Shown here piece by piece: positions 34,896 to 47,531 of a stretch of DNA of 64,000 nt. The notes beneath the pieces were generated by a model. The model had not been told where the DNA came from and searched no databases. It saw nothing but the letters and a program-made list of their open reading frames with translations. The translations under genes and the position numbers were made by a program. Position 1 is the stretch's first letter; every line of letters starts with the position of its first letter. This DNA comes from Paecilomyces variotii (taxonomy: Eukaryota): assembly GCA_004022145.1 (NCBI GenBank), contig RCNU01000002.1; one strand, written 5' to 3'.

Positions 34896-36816
34896 GTTGG
34901 AGATGATGCCTTTGGTGTCTTAAAGCTTGTCCGGAGAAGTATATCTTTAGCGTGCTCGATTCAGGTTAATGAGCGTGGGTGCGAAATCTATTCGCAATAA
35001 AGAATGACAGTGAGGAAAAGAACGACAAGAGTCCTCTGGCACAGAGAACAGAACAGAACGAAGCAACGCGACAAGTTGGCGACTTAAAGAAGGAGAAGAG
35101 AGAGAGGATGCCAGCAGACGGAGGGGTGGGATAATAAGAAACGGGGGACCCGAAGCCTTAGCAATTTAGCTAAATTGCAGGGTGGGCACGGGGCGGATCA
35201 GACCGCCAGCCTTAGCTCGTTCGCTGCCCCTGGCGCCGTTTAATGAAGTCGCTCTTCTTGCGATGCGGATTCGCCAGAGAAAAGGCGCCAAATCGGCCTC
35301 GTGCGATTCCTTTGGCTGGATTCTCGTCAGACTTTTTGTTTTCTGCAACGTCGTCGTTTGGCGGGATGTGTTCTAGTGCAATAGTCGGCGTAGTCGGCGT
35401 GCTGGCAATCCATCGCTGTCCTTTATAGAAAATGTATGCTCCCTGAGAACGCCTTGAGATCGCTGCCAGGGTCTGTATCGCGTCGTAGAGTATACAGAAT
35501 GACGCCATATGGAATCTGACTCCCCAGATTCAATAACAGCGCGTCGCGCTTGTGGCATGTTGCTCGCGTCCCCCCTATCTAGGCGAAAGAGCGGACTGAA
35601 TGATGAATTCACCGCACGAGAGAATTTCCAGCCACGGCGGCGGAAGAGGCGTGGCACCGTCCATCCCATCGCCAGCTGCATAAATCTTATCTGGCATTCC
35701 TAGTGGGGGACTCGTCACGTCCCTCACCCGCAAATTATTACTCTAGACGCCACGGACTGTCATTTTGAAGAAAGGGAAAACAAAGCATAGCGGCAGACTG
35801 GTATAGCCTTGGAGGGCACGGCGCTTTCCACACCGCGTTCAAAGTTGAGATGAGACCTAGTCGGCTGGGGGCTTCTGGCTTCTGGGCCTTTCCTTGGAAG
35901 TTGGGCTAGAGTATCACGATGTATGCACATCAAGCGAAAAAGATCTGGACTCATCTGAGCGTCGGGAAACGCAAATCTTTTGCCATAATCCCATTAGCAG
36001 CCGACGCCGGTCCCGAGAAGACTGCACGGATGCCCTGAGCGTCGTGCTCTCGACTAAGAGGCTAACTAAGACTTGCTGGGCGTTTTAGTTTTTGAGTCCT
36101 TGGGCCCGTTTCGGATATCGGGAACCTCCCAGGGGTCAAACCATCGTTTCGCAGGGGACCAGGGGCTGTTCAGCTGTAGCACCCGACAACTATATGGGTG
36201 GACGTAGGACCACGTCACAAAGAGATCAGAGTCGTGATGGTCGTGGCAGCAAGAAGACTGCTGCTGACCATTTGACAGCTCTGACACGGACCACTGTCTG
36301 TACTCCGTACTTCGTCCAACTGCTGATCTCTGCTGGTGGCAGAGAGGAGAGAAGAGTAAGTGGAGAGATCTCTCCTGTGAGTACCGTGCGAACTGGTCTG
36401 TTCTCTGCTCGGTAGACTCGGTACGGTAACTTACTTAGTTAGTGTTGCCAGAAAGGAGTGATTTGCGTTGATCGCATACTCTGTGCTTCCAGAATTGCTT
36501 GATGCGGCTGACCCTTTTTTTCTAGCCTGAGAAAATTACCCGACTGTGATGCATGACACATAGCAACAGATCTCCCGATGCGCAGATTCCGAGATAGACG
36601 TGATCGCCAGGGGCGCTTCTGTAGGAAGTTGAAGAAGAGATGCTGGTTGTCTCGCGGCTCGGAAGCCAGTGGAAGAGGGGCGATGGAGGCTGGTTGCTAC
36701 CGTCATAGCCGCTGGCTGCCCCATGGATTCCCCTCAACTCCATCTGCTCTCCACGCTTTCTGTATTCGAGCTATCTAGAGCTAGAGCTATCAGATACCTG
36801 ACGCCGGGCACAGCTC

Positions 36817-37677
36817 ATGACAGATATCGCGGACATGGCTGCCCGCCTGCGCACGCAGTACGCCTCCGCGTTGAAGCAGTTCGCATCGTCCTCCAAAGCA
36901 TTCGAGGTTGTCGGTAGTGTTCCTGCTGAGCCTGCACCAGTGACTCCGAAGGTGCTCTACGTTCTGGATTCCTCGTTCAATCCGCCCACGTTGGCCCATC
37001 TGAGGATAGCAAGTTCGGCCTTGGCTGAGAATCCGGGTCCTTCATCGCGATTACTACTGTTGCTGGCGACGCAAAATGCAGACAAGCCGTCGAAACCCGC
37101 GCTGTTCGAGGACCGGCTCGTTATGATGGACCTGTTCGCCCGAGACCTACGTTCCGCTCTGCAGGGCTCTGCTGCATCGTCCACTCCAGATACACTCCCA
37201 CAGGTTGATATCGGCCTGACGAAGAAGCCGTACTTCATTGACAAGGCTGCGGAGATAGAAACATCGGGCGTCTATCCCAAGTCCCTTGAACAGGTTCATC
37301 TAGTGGGATACGATACCCTGATAAGGATCTTCAATCCGAAATACTACCCCCCAACACACACCCTGCAGCCTCTGGAGCCCTTCCTGACCCAGCACAGATT
37401 GCGGGTGACGATGCGACCCGATGATGAGTGGGGTGGACGAGCAGAGCAAGAGGATTATCTCCGTCACCTCGCCCAAGGCGGGAGGGAGAGCGAAGGAGCC
37501 AAGAAAGAATGGGCGCAACGGATACAGCTCGTGGATGGCAAAGGAACGGACGATCGAGCTGTGAGCTCTACCAGGGCCAGACAGGCCGCAAAGTCCCAAG
37601 TCAATGATTTAGACTTCCTAGTGACAGCCAATGTCCGTGATTACATCGTATCGCACGAGCTGTACAAGAATGATTGA
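36817..37677 (+). CDS. POF1: Cytidylyltransferase-like / NMN adenylyltransferase family protein (POF1-like)
   Basis: LDSSFNPPTLAH (HxGH-like), ATQNADK, PYFIDK, VGYDTLIRIFNPKYY, VSSTRAR. Single coding exon. Confidence 0.88.
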   Translation: MTDIADMAARLRTQYASALKQFASSSKAFEVVGSVPAEPAPVTPKVLYVLDSSFNPPTLAHLRIASSALAENPGPSSRLLLLLATQNADKPSKPALFEDRLVMMDLFARDLRSALQGSAASSTPDTLPQVDIGLTKKPYFIDKAAEIETSGVYPKSLEQVHLVGYDTLIRIFNPKYYPPTHTLQPLEPFLTQHRLRVTMRPDDEWGGRAEQEDYLRHLAQGGRESEGAKKEWAQRIQLVDGKGTDDRAVSSTRARQAAKSQVNDLDFLVTANVRDYIVSHELYKND

Positions 37678-38038
37678 CTGGAGCCGGGAAACTCTCTGTA
37701 TGAAGCAGTCAAGCTCAGATCAGATAAATGCCGACTATGAATTAACTATGCAGCACGATGATATGTCACCAATTGGGCATTTGGCGCCCTCGCGATGGGG
37801 CGATCAGAACTCTACCACGCATAAGACTGCCCGCCTGTTGTTTGCAGTAAGCTATACTGGTACATAACTGATAATGATGGGCTATGAATGAAACTGTGTG
37901 ATAGATACGTATCTATACGCCTATATATTGGAACCTCATACAAACAGGACGTGATGACCAGTGGACCTCTAGAAACACCATGCATTCCCAGGAAACGCCT
38001 AACCAGCTTTGCTCCTCCCCCCAATTAGTGTCATGACT

Positions 38039-38522
38039 TTAGTCTTCTTCTTCTTCATCCTCTCTCTTGCCTAGCGTATAGGCCAGTCCGCCCGAGACCA
38101 TGTTGACAAAGCAGAGACCCATTGTTGCGCCCCGAATGATGCCTCGTGCACCCCACTTCTTCATGAAAGGCTGCTTTCGTCGGCCAGCAAGGAGAAGGTA
38201 TAGACCGGACCATGCAGCACTGATTCCAGCACTGTCTGTTTTGAAACCATTGACACTGGCGTAACTCGTGAACAGAAGGACCGGGGGAAAGAGCATCGGG
38301 AGCGCCTGGAAGGGTCGCATATACTGCGCTGTGATGAGCGACGCCAGCAGCGTGGGTGGGAATGGATTTTCTGGGATATTGTTAGCGATTAACCAGCCAA
38401 GGGCTGTCTACAAGAAGCCGGAAGCTGTATAATGGCAAGTTGAGCTGCGCACCTCCCCATGCTCTGGCCTTCTGCACGAGCGACTTCTTCGCTGCTTCGG
38501 CCGTAGACTCCGAGCTAGCCAT
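38039..38522 (-). CDS. AIM19: Aim19-family small mitochondrial membrane protein
   Basis: MASSESTAEAAKKSLVQKARAWG|ENPFPPTLLASLITAQ…GFKTDSAGISAAWSGLYLLLA. Intron ~38453-38371. Confidence 0.75.
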
Positions 38523-39073
38523 TGTTCTGGGCAGCGGATACTTTCACTGAAGATTGGTTGTTGGCGGTAATTGCGGAGAGAGAAAATAAAACTAAGTGAC
38601 GGGTAGGAGATGTAGATAATGCGATCCTCAGCAATCGTAATCTGCGGACAAAGCAGAGTGCTGAAGACTTGTTCACGAGCTCTCCCAGTTCAAGAGTTCC
38701 GCAGCCGGCAGCTCCCCAAGAATTTGTGTCCTGAGCGGTGCACAGGGCTGCCCGAAGCTAGCGTCGGCCATCAAGGCTCCCCAAGACACCACGTTGGTTT
38801 GTTATCCTTCTCCAGATTTCCAGGTCTGACAGCCAAAGAAATACAGTCCAACCTAACACTCTACCACCAGAGACCAGCTTGATAGGAGACCCCGGAGGAT
38901 ACAGACAGACACCGCTGCCCTTTCTCGTTTGACGTCTTGCCTTATCTTTCCGTCCCCCGGGGCGGCATCAGCTTCTCCCCGCCGCCACCAGTGGTCACCA
39001 CGCCGGCCAATCCATCGAATACCGTCGAGTTGAAGCGAGATTGACCGTCTGATATCAGTTGAATCCTGGCGCA

Positions 39074-40269
39074 ATGCCTTCTGCCACGGCATCCGGCGCG
39101 GACACCGGGTCCGGTGCGAGGTCTCGCGACCACAATCAAGGGAATCAGGAGCGTAAATACACCCCCGAGCAGAAGGCCGCCGTGCTACGGGTACGGAAAT
39201 GCTCTACGCACGCATACTACGAGATTCTGGCGCTGGAGAAGACCGCATCGGACGGAGAGATTAAGAAGGCATACCGGAAGTTGAGTCTGTTGACACATCC
39301 GGATAAAAACGGCTATGAGGGAGCAGATGAGGCTTTCAAGAGTATGTTGCGTCGTCGCCCGCATGTGCAATCGAAGGATCCTCTGCTGACAGATGGGAAC
39401 AATAGTGGTGTCACGAGCATTCCAAGTGCTGTCAGATCCCGAGAAGAAGTCTAGATATGACAAATTTGGCGGCGATCCAGATAGCAGATTCAATCCTGGT
39501 GCTTCTTCCAGCGGTCCTTCGCCGTTCAGTGGATTTTCTTCTGGCGGAGGCTTCCCTCGGTCGACGCCAGCTGGATCGGCCTTCTTCGAGGAGGAGATCT
39601 CCCCGGAGGAGCTCTTCAACCGATTCTTCAATGGTGGCTTTGGTGGCATGGGCGGAGGCTTCAGTCCTTTCGGTATGGAGATCAGACTGTCACATGTTTG
39701 TGGGAAAGTTTGCTGACATTCACCAAGGAGGACCTCAGTTTGTCTTCAATATGGGAGGAGGACCGGGATTCCGTGTACATCAGTTTGGCGGTACGCGGCC
39801 GCGGAGAAGGCCGCGGGAGGCCGCTGCTGCTTCAGAGCCACCGCCATCGGGATGGGCGTATCTGCAGCAACTGCTTCCTCTTATTCTGTTGTTTGTCCTG
39901 CCACTGCTCTCGTCACTTTTCTCCGGTTCTTCTACCCCTTCAGGTCCTACCTATCGCTTTGATGCTGCTGTGCCACCCCACACGATGCAGCGAACCACGC
40001 CGAAACTCAAGGTGGACTACTTTCTCAACCCCGTGGATGTCGAAGATTACAGCGCTCGAAAATTCCACCAGCTGGATCAACGAGTGGAAGTGGATTATGT
40101 CTCGAAACTGCGGCATGAATGTGAAGCTGAGGTGCAACATCGGGAGCGCATGATCCAAGATGCGCAGGGCTGGTTCTTTCCGGATGTTGAGAAGATGAAG
40201 GAGGCGCGAGCGATGGAGCTGAAGAGCTGTCGGCGGTTAGACTCGCTGAAGGGCCGATTGAACTACTAA
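39074..40269 (+). CDS. HLJ1: ER-membrane J-domain co-chaperone (Hlj1 / DNAJB12-14 type)
   Basis: [16 protein letters not shown]-domain with HPD (LTHPDKN), G/F region, [11 protein letters not shown], a TM segment and a lumenal domain with a Cys pair. Two introns. Confidence 0.92.
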
Positions 40270-40827
40270 TGGCATAATGCAACCCATTATTATTTGATTA
40301 TTCATGTCTACTTATGTTGTCTGTTAGATATTTCATGTCACTCACGGACTGGCGTAATAATGGGGAGGTTGTATGAATCATGTGGATTGCCCAGGCCCCT
40401 TTTTGGAAGGGGGGAGGTTCCTCCATTGTATGTACACAAAGCAATGACTGCTGTTTTTCTTTTGAAATAAGGATACAACCTGTAGCCAGAGTGACTGTAT
40501 TATTATCTATTATCACGGCTTTGAGCTTCCGGGCGGCGCAGAATTGGTCGTCCTGGGGCAAAAGGAACCAACTGCCACGGCCTCAGGCTGCCCGCCTCCA
40601 ACTCTTGCAGCGGCCGGAGAAACGTCCAACGCCGCCGATTAGTTAATGCGGAACCTCAACGATCATGGCCGAATGTCGCCTGCGAGTTCTCAGCTGATTA
40701 TTATACCTTCATCTTCCCTTGGGTGGCTCGTACCATCCAGTTTGACCCTGGACATAATCACTGAGCACCGGTTGCCTTCGTGAGAGGAAGCGTGACCGAT
40801 CGCCTCTGGCTTAATTACTGATAGACC

Positions 40828-43800
40828 ATGTCCGATACACTCTCTGACGCGGACAAGGTCAGTTCTCTAATCTATGCAACCAGCTTTCCCCGGATTCTCC
40901 AGTACTGATCTCGGCCTAGATCCGCAACAAGCGTCTTGCGAAGCTCGCCTCACAGGCGCCGCCGTCGCAGTCTTCGTCGCAAGCTGCTGGAGCTTCAGAG
41001 CAGTCCTCCACAACGCCGTCAGAGGCGCCCTCAACACCGCAAGAGCCGCAAGCCCCACGGCCCCAGATAAATGTTCACAGTGCGCCCCCGTCACTGTCGC
41101 CATCGCCGCGACCCGATATCCAGCAGTCAGATGGCAAGCGCATCAAGATAACACCTGCTCCTGGGATTTCGACGGTACCTGAGCGGCCGCAGTCGACTTC
41201 GATCCCTCCCAAGCGGCAAACACCGAAACCCGAAGAGTCTCTGGAGGCGTTTGAGGACCGTACGCTGAGCGCGATCTTCAAGCTATCACTGAAGGAGGAC
41301 CGGCAGCAGGACATTCATGGCCAGAAGCTCATCTACTTGCCCGGGTTACGGGCGGAGCTAGAGGAACAGGGACGAGACCTGCGGATAGATGTGTCCGTTC
41401 TGGACCAGGCTCTCCTCGAAGCAGCCTCAAACCTCGACAGGCAAAAGCCCTTGGATTATCTGCTACCATGCTGGAAGAGGGTGTCGAGGCTCTACAAGGG
41501 TTTTAAGAAGTCGCGTGATGATGATCCCAAATTTGACGTCATTCGGGAGGCCAGGCGCCTTTGCATGAGTTATTGTATCTTTGCGATTACCATGCCGGAG
41601 ATGTTTGGGTATGTTCTATTGACTTCTTATAGTTTATTGGTGGTCGCGATGAGGTTGCTGACGGGTGCCTTTTGTACGCGATAGACTTGATCCCCCTGAC
41701 CAGTCGCCGCTCAAGCCCTACCTTCTCTTGGATCCAGAGGAGGACCGAGGTATTGACATGGATTTCCTCGTGGAGGCTGTACGCCGGTTCCCTGAAGATG
41801 AGAGCATCAAACCAGCTTTCATATCCGCCGTGGAGGCGCTGAGCCAGGATCTTGCTGAGAAAAACATCAACGATGACTACAAGCCTTATGTCATGGTAAG
41901 CTAAGACAAGACACCTTGGTGCTCTATTCGTGTGCGCTTTCTCACATGCTCGCAGGCTCTACGGAATCTTGTCCGACATGCTGCTATCGCATCTGCTATT
42001 ACAGAGTCTTCTATCTTTAATGCAACCCAGGATCCCCCCACGTTTGAGACGAAAACATTGTTGGGACCGTGGTTTCGGCTATCCCCTCTTCATGGTAGTG
42101 TCACGACTTCATATTTTTCTTCCCCGAAGACTAGGGACCAGGGCTATATTCTGACAGCTCAGAGGTCGCTGCGCATGACGCAGCAGATGCTTAATTCTGA
42201 CCTACTAGATGTTATAAATCATCTAATCCGGGCGTCGAAAGATGCCAGAGAGAAAGTTTTGGATTGGTTTGCGACTGCGGTGAACATCAACCACAAGCGA
42301 CGAGCAATGCAGGTTGATCCGAAGACGGTTTCGTCGGACGGATTTATGTTCAACATTACGACATGCCTTGACCACCTCTGCGAGCCTTTCATGGATGCTG
42401 GATTCACTAAGGTAAGAACTGGCGTCTGTATGTATCAGCACGCTTTAATCTGACTTGAGCAGATTGACAGGATCGATGCGGCCTATCTTCACCGGAAACC
42501 CCGCGTCAACATGCGGGACGAGACCAAGATTAATGCTGACCAGCATGCCTCAGACGAATTCTATTCTAAGACCGTTGAAGGAACCAACAACTTTATCACT
42601 GAGATCTTTTTCTTGACCGTTGCTGCTCATCACTATGGCAGCGAGTCGCTTACGTCTAAGTTGGATCAGCTTGAGAAGGACCTCCGGCAGATGGAGGCCA
42701 CTATTGCAAAGTTCGAGTTGGAGAGACACAAATGGATACACAACCCGATGCAACTACGTACATTCGAAGAAGCTCTCAAGAAGTACAAGGACAAGTTCGA
42801 TCTTGGTCTTTCGTTCAAGTACAGCTTGCAGGGTGTCCTATTTGATGATCAGTGGCAAGCCCGCTCCATGCTGTTTATGCGGTATGTGGCAGTATGGTTG
42901 CTACGAGTGGCGTCAGGCGTCGACTTTCCGAAGCAGCAGATCAAGCTACCGCTGCCGGAGCAGCAGCCGGACGTCTGGAAGTGCCTTCCGGAGTACTTCC
43001 TGGATGACATTGTTAGCAACTTCAAGTTTATCATGTGGGCCATGCCCCAGATCATTACATCTACTGAGGGAGATGAGCTGGTTATGCTCTGCATCACGTT
43101 CCTTGAGAGTTCTGAATACGTCAAGAATCCCTATCTGAAAGCCGGACTGGTGTCCATCCTGTTCCGGGGAACATGGCCGCGGCCCGGGGGTGCTAGGGGT
43201 GTCCTTGTGGACCTCCTCAATTCCATGCCTTTTGCTAACGAGTACCTTTTGCATGCTCTCATGAAGTTCTATATAGAGGCCGAGTTTACTGGCACGCACA
43301 CGCAGTTCTTTGACAAGTTCAACATCCGGTACGAGATTTTCCAGATCATCGAATGTATCTGGCCTAATACGCTTTACCGGACGAAGCTGTCGAACCAAGC
43401 GCAGCAGAACCTCGACTTCTTCGTGCGCTTCGTCAACCTGCTTCTCAATGACGTTACATTCGTGCTCGATGAATCGTTTGGTGCCTTCATGACCATTCAT
43501 GACACGCAAGTTCTACTCAACCAGGCGGGAAGCACGATGGATCCAGCTCAGCGTCAGCAGAAAGAGGAGCAGCTTGCGGCAGCGCAGCGGAACGCAAAAT
43601 CGTATATGCAGCTGACGAACATGACTGTTGCGATGCTTAAGCTTTTTACAGAAGCGTTGGCTGACTCCTTCACGATGCGGGAAATCGTGCAGCGTCTGGC
43701 CGATATGCTCGACTACAACTTGGACGCCATGGTGGGCCCTAAGAGCTCCAACCTCCGTGTCGACAATCTGCAGGAATATGGCTTTAGCCCCCGAACACTT

Positions 43801-44427
43801 CTCAGTGAGATCGTTGACGTGTATCTCAATTTGATGGACAAGGAGAATTTCATTTACGCTGTTGCGCGTGATGGACGCTCGTACAAGCCTGAGAACTTTG
43901 AGAAAGCGGCCGAGATCCTCCGCAAATGGAGTTTGAAGTCACCCGAGGAGCTGAAGAAGTGGGAAATACTGCAGAAGAGAGTCCAGGCAGCTAAGAAGGA
44001 GGATGAGCAGGCAGAGGAGGACCTGGGAGAAGTCCCAGACGAGTTCTTGGGTATGTTCTTATCACGATTCAGCGCTCTGGAAGTGATTATGCTGACGGTT
44101 GTTATTAGACCCTCTCATCTATACGCTGATGGAAGACCCCGTCATCCTCCCCGGCTCCAGAGTGACTATTGACCGAGCAACGATCCGTTCCCACTTGCTA
44201 AGCGATCCTCATGATCCGTTCAACCGTATGCCTCTGAAGATCGAGGATGTCACGCCAGGTAAGACCTAACCCACTTCTGTTCGACTTAGCAGAATATGAA
44301 CTGACGTGATGTCCGTTAAGACACCGAGCTTAAGGCTAAGATTGAGGCCTTCAAGGCGGAGCGCAAGGGAGCGAAGCATCGTCAAACGGCACAGGGAGCC
44401 GAAACCATGGACACTTCGTCCGGTTGA
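40828..44427 (+). CDS. UFD2: Ubiquitin conjugation factor E4 (U-box)
   Basis: [59 protein letters not shown]-box [20 protein letters not shown]…DPFNRMPL. Six introns. Confidence 0.96.
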
Positions 44428-45180
44428 GACAGTGACGCACTGCGCGTGGATTGCGTTGGGTAGGGGTTTTGGGGATTGCATATAGTTCGGTGTCGATATC
44501 GTGTTTCTATTTGTAACTGACCACTGTTATCAAGACTTGCTACATTGAGACACAGTCTATATTGAAAGAAGCGCCTCGGTTCCGGGTCTGACGAGAGGCC
44601 GGCCGTGTCGGGGTGTCATATCACGAGGAAACTTAACATGACCTACATGAGCTAGACTTTGAAGATAGTCGCTATGATGAGAACATATGAAATTGGCTAG
44701 ACTGTAGAATTCGCATGTGCTGTAGCTATACTCGTACTCGTATATTTCCATTCGCACCAAAGATTTGTTTTTCATCACGTGCTGCAGTGACGCAGTGACA
44801 CGCCGGCGATGACGATTGATTATTTAAAGGTTTGAACATCCCAACTAGTTAACTAGTTTGCTTTCCTTCACTGTGAGCGATCAGCAACAATACCAGCATG
44901 TAAATGGCATAGCGGTGTATTATTATTTATTTCCCGCTCAACCAACGCGTTTCCCATCCATGTTTCCTACTGGGCTTTAAGGAAGCTCGGACGTTACACC
45001 ACATAACTAGCTAGGTACAGTACTTATAAGAGTGTTAACTACTCGCCCCTTCTGGAGTTTCAACTGCTTCCTATAGCAGACAGATTTCTCTATCCATCCA
45101 TCTACATGAGATAGGGTCCTATATTGAACCCAAGAGAAAAAGAAAAAGAAACCAAAAAGGAGATTCAAAGAAAAGACAAA

Positions 45181-46395
45181 ATGGGATCTATCAGCTCATC
45201 TTGTCTAGATTCAATTCCTCCCTTGGGGGATTTCTTCCCGCCTACACCGCAAGCATATGCCTTTCTCTTGAATACATTTCAGTATTTTCCATTGGTGAGT
45301 AAATTTAATTAATTTATTCTCTCTTTTTTCCTAGTATGTGACTATATGAATATCAATTAACGAAAAAAAACCACAACGCAGATAACACTCACCCAATGGC
45401 TAATATCCTACCACCCCGCGGGCAAAACCTCTCTTCAAACCTCGCGTCTAAACCTCCCTGGTCCGCTCGCTTGGTGTCTCATGGAAATCGTCGGTCCCCT
45501 CAACCTCATCTACATCCTCACCACCCTGCCCCCCGCAATCAATATATCCTCTCTCCCATTCTGGAATAAGCTCGTCGCTGCGCTTTATGTGATTCATTAT
45601 ATAAATCGCGCTATTATTAACCCGTTCTTCGCGGCACCGAGCATGTCGCCTATTCATGCGTTTATTATGGTTTCTGCGATGGCGTTTAATTGGTTCAATT
45701 CGTCGTGTTTGGCGGGTTGGTTGGTTGGGTATGAGACGCCTGTGACGGGCGGGTGGAAGGTTGATGGACGGCCGAAGTTGAGGCGGGAGGGTCCGCAGAA
45801 TGCGGTGCAGAGGTATGCGCCGTTTGTGGGTGTGGGGTTGTTTGTCATTGGGATGTTGGGGAATACTTATGCGGAGAGGACGTTGTATAAGTTGAGGAGA
45901 GAGGAGGCGGATCGGCGAGTCGAGGAACGAGATCGAAATGAGAAGGAGGAGAAGAAAGACATTACCTCTTCTACCTCTTCTATTTCTGAAGAAAATGAAA
46001 AAGAAAGGAAGAAAAACAAATATCACAAGGTCTACGTCATTCCGCCAACTCGAGGATTATTTCGCTCGATCCTCTATCCGCATTATGTCTTCGAGTGGCT
46101 TGAATGGATCGGTTTCGCTCTCGCGGGTACAGCAGTGTTTCCTTCTCGCAAGCCTGTGATTCCAACTTCGTATGCTACGCCGCCCATCACGCTCGCGCCG
46201 TGGCTTCGACCAGCGGCCGCGCTGGCGGATCGGTTCCAGGTCCCGTTGCCATTGCCGGCGGTGCTGTTCGTGGTGAATGCGGTTGCGAATATGTTGCCGC
46301 ATGCGAGATGGGGGAGGAAGTGGTATGTGGAGAAGTTCGGGGAGGAGGGTGTTCAGGGAAGAGGAGCGGTTGTGCCGTGGTTTAAGTGGTTGTGA
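45181..46395 (+). CDS. 3-oxo-5-alpha-steroid 4-dehydrogenase (steroid 5-alpha-reductase) family protein
   Basis: AWCLMEIVGP, HYINRAII, YVIPPTRGLFRSILYPHYVFEWLEWIGF, WYVEKF. Intron 45295-45381. Confidence 0.88.
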
Positions 46396-47101
46396 AAGGA
46401 ATGAGGCATATCCAGAGATAATGGCAGAAGAGCAGGAATAGGGAGAGATTTAGATAGGTAGATGAAATATGGTATAACCGATTGCTTTTCTGCGCCTGCC
46501 TAGAAACTAAAAAGCGATAAGCCATACAAAAAAAGGACAGCAAGGGGCAACAAGCAAGTCTTCCGCATGCTTTTCCAGAGGGGATAGCAATAACAACATT
46601 TATGTACGGATTCAACACCACAAATGAAAGATCCCCTGCCTCCAAGCTGAAGAAGACGACAGACCGGGGGGAGCGCTGAAACGAGTAAGATCGGGAGAGT
46701 TGTAAACCAGACCACGGCATATCCCGTACCGAAACAATAAGAAATCAAAGAAGAAAAGAAAAGACGGGAGAGGAGAAAGATGGGTTGCTTAATAAAACAT
46801 AGACCCCATGCCGGCTGGGAGGGTTGTTCTCCGCAAGCGTCGATGGGCGGTTCCGGGGTCATAATCACTGGCCGGATGACGGGGATGGGATAGAATCGGA
46901 GGGCAATTGGTCATATTAGATATCATCTCATTGACGTTTCTCTCCACGATCGTGCTGTCTCCCCAATCGCCGCTCGTCCGCGTTCTGGACGGAACCACAG
47001 CCATCTCGTACATCAACCCCCGCGGGGTGTCTCTCCCAACCGTCGCCCATCTCGCCGTTCAGCATCACACATTGGTTGATTGATTGATCGCTCGTACACG
47101 T

Positions 47102-47531
47102 CTAGTTGAACAGGCTGGCACCGCCGGTCTCGATGGCCTCGATCTCAGTCTCGGTCCAGGGCAGACGGTGGAAGCGCTGGGGCAGTTCATCGCGGTCGAA
47201 GAACTCGCCCGCCTTCGGCTCAACGGGGCCCAGAGCGGCACCGGGACGACGGCCAATCCATCCAGCACCAACGGCAGCAGCGCCCAAAGGACCGTGCTGC
47301 TGGGCTTTGGCGCGATATGTCACGAAGGAGTCGGGCAGGCTGCCGGAGGGCGAGGCAGGATGAGCTCGGGGAGTGTGGTCGACGGAGGCTGGCGGAGATT
47401 ATGTTAGCACGCTGACGGGGCTCCATTGAGCAGACACCTGATATCCTCTACATACTAGGCACAGAGCGCTTTCCGAGGAACCTGATGAGCGGGGTTCTGG
47501 CCGCGTTACGGAGAACAGAAGTGGCGTGCAT
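47102..47531 (-). CDS. KGD4: Alpha-ketoglutarate dehydrogenase subunit 4 (Kgd4/Ymr31/MRPS36)
   Basis: MHATSVLRNAARTPLIRFLGKRSVP|SVDHTPRAHPASP…YRAKAQQHGPL…FFDRDELPQRFHRLPWTETEIEAIETGGASLFN. One intron (~47455-47389). Confidence 0.88.

Noticed and set aside
36526-36575. TPP-riboswitch-like CTGAGAAAATTACCC
   Set aside because: The downstream GAACCTGATC…TAAT…GCG.AGG half of the aptamer is missing; the match overlaps a splice acceptor and is probably chance.
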